Below the pieces are notes generated by a model. The model saw nothing but the letters and a program-made list of their open reading frames with translations. It was not told the origin of the DNA and made no database searches. This document shows positions 62,895 through 64,000 of a stretch of DNA of 64,000 nt, piece after piece. The stretch comes from the human T2T-CHM13v2.0 reference genome, Homo sapiens. Numbering within the stretch: the stretch's first letter is position 1; every line of letters begins with the position of its first letter. The stretch lies in the NCBI RefSeq assembly GCF_009914755.1, contig NC_060927.1. One strand, written 5' to 3'. A program made the translations under genes and the position numbers.

Positions 62895-63062
62895 AGGCCC
62901 TTGCTACTTAAAGTATGGTCTGTGGACCAGCAGTATTGGCATCACCTGGGAGCCCATCAGAACTGCAGCCTCGCAGGCCCCACAGCAGACTGCTGAATCA
63001 ATCTGTAGTTTAACAAGATCCCCAGGCAAATCACATGCCCAGTAAAGTTTGAGAAGCTCTGG
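62895..63062. mobile_element. MER5A
   Basis: cttaaagtatggtctgtggaccagcagtattggcatcacctgggagc...ctgctgaatca...aacaagatccccagg...taaagtttgagaagctctg. Confidence 0.75.
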
Positions 63063-64000
63063 TCCAGGCTTCAATCAGGTTCTTGAACTTTGGTGGGCCT
63101 CAGAATCTCCTGGGGAACTTGGTAAAGGCAAGCAGGTGCTTTCCCACCTCAACAAGCAGAGGTCTCGCTGAACTTGATTAGCTCTCCAGGTGATTCAGAT
63201 CCCACAGTTTGCAGGCCGCTGGCTGAAATGATTAGGTATTGACAGCAGGTGAAGGTGGGCTCTTCTCACCAGTCTGAAATCCACCCGCAATGTTGCAGGC
63301 GCAGAACAGAGACACAAAAGTAGGCGTGTTTGTGATTGCTCTTAGCTTCTCAGTCAAGCAGAAACCCACTTTATCTACAGTAGCAAAGAGATCCCCTGGT
63401 ATTAGCCAGGACTCGTACACCTGTCCCACTTCATGCATCGTTTCTGTGAGTCCATCCTTTGTCAAGGTGAGTGTGCCCTCTGGGTGGGAATTATTGGGAG
63501 GAAAAGGACTTTGTAGACAAGAGGGCCTGGCTTTGCTATATCTACTGCTCACACACACTTTGAGTTCTCCTCTGAGGGGACTCCAGCGAAATCGAATAGT
63601 TCTCCTTTATTGAGCAAATGCTTTGGGGTCAGAGTGGGAGGTCGCATCTAACTAAAGTGTTATACGCAACATGATAGCAGGGCTTTACACTGGTGGGACC
63701 TGGGGTGATGGGGAGTGTTTAAGATGAGAACAGAAACAAGATGTTGAGGTTAGTCACTCAGTTGCAATTGACCTTTGGAGCTGTAGCAAATGTGTGTGCC
63801 GCCTGTGCACACATTTCAACTCTGTGCCCGGCCCTGGTTTTCCCTGCAGCTGTGCCGGACGGTTTCATGCGGGCTCTGACTTACTCGCCACTGGCAATGT
63901 CTCACCCCAAGGGCTGGCTTTCTCTAGCACTGGAGGCCTTCCCAGTCTGGAAGATTAGGGGCATTAACTCCCCAAGGGACAGCTCTCAAACAATGGGAGA

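Overview
This is a repeat-rich, gene-poor stretch of hominid DNA (human or great ape), intergenic or deep intronic. A full-length SVA plus AluJ/S/Y and L1PA copies fixes the lineage. I recognise no host protein-coding exon, RNA gene or prokaryotic system; the ORFs I can assign come from Alu, SVA, L1 or LTR sequence, and the rest look like chance frames. The window is a layered transposon record: old L2/MIR/CR1/MLT/LTR16/LTR33/MER DNA elements, L1M and L1PB-type relics, about 19 Alu/FAM copies (many with visible TSDs), a minus-strand SVA without a TSD, and a twin-primed 5'-inverted L1PA. The strongest signal not explained by a repeat annotation is three separate locally templated insertions. 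(1) A ~140-bp patch inside an Alu at 4308-4450 is stitched from three nearby donors. (2) A ~150-bp direct copy of an MLT1 LTR 3' end lies 3.4 kb from its source. (3) A 128-bp inverted copy of unique DNA replaces the 5' end of an Alu. All three look like template-switching repair scars (Pol theta-mediated end joining or MMBIR/FoSTeS type). Repeat subfamily names come from remembered consensus features and need RepeatMasker/Dfam confirmation; boundaries of old repeats are approximate.
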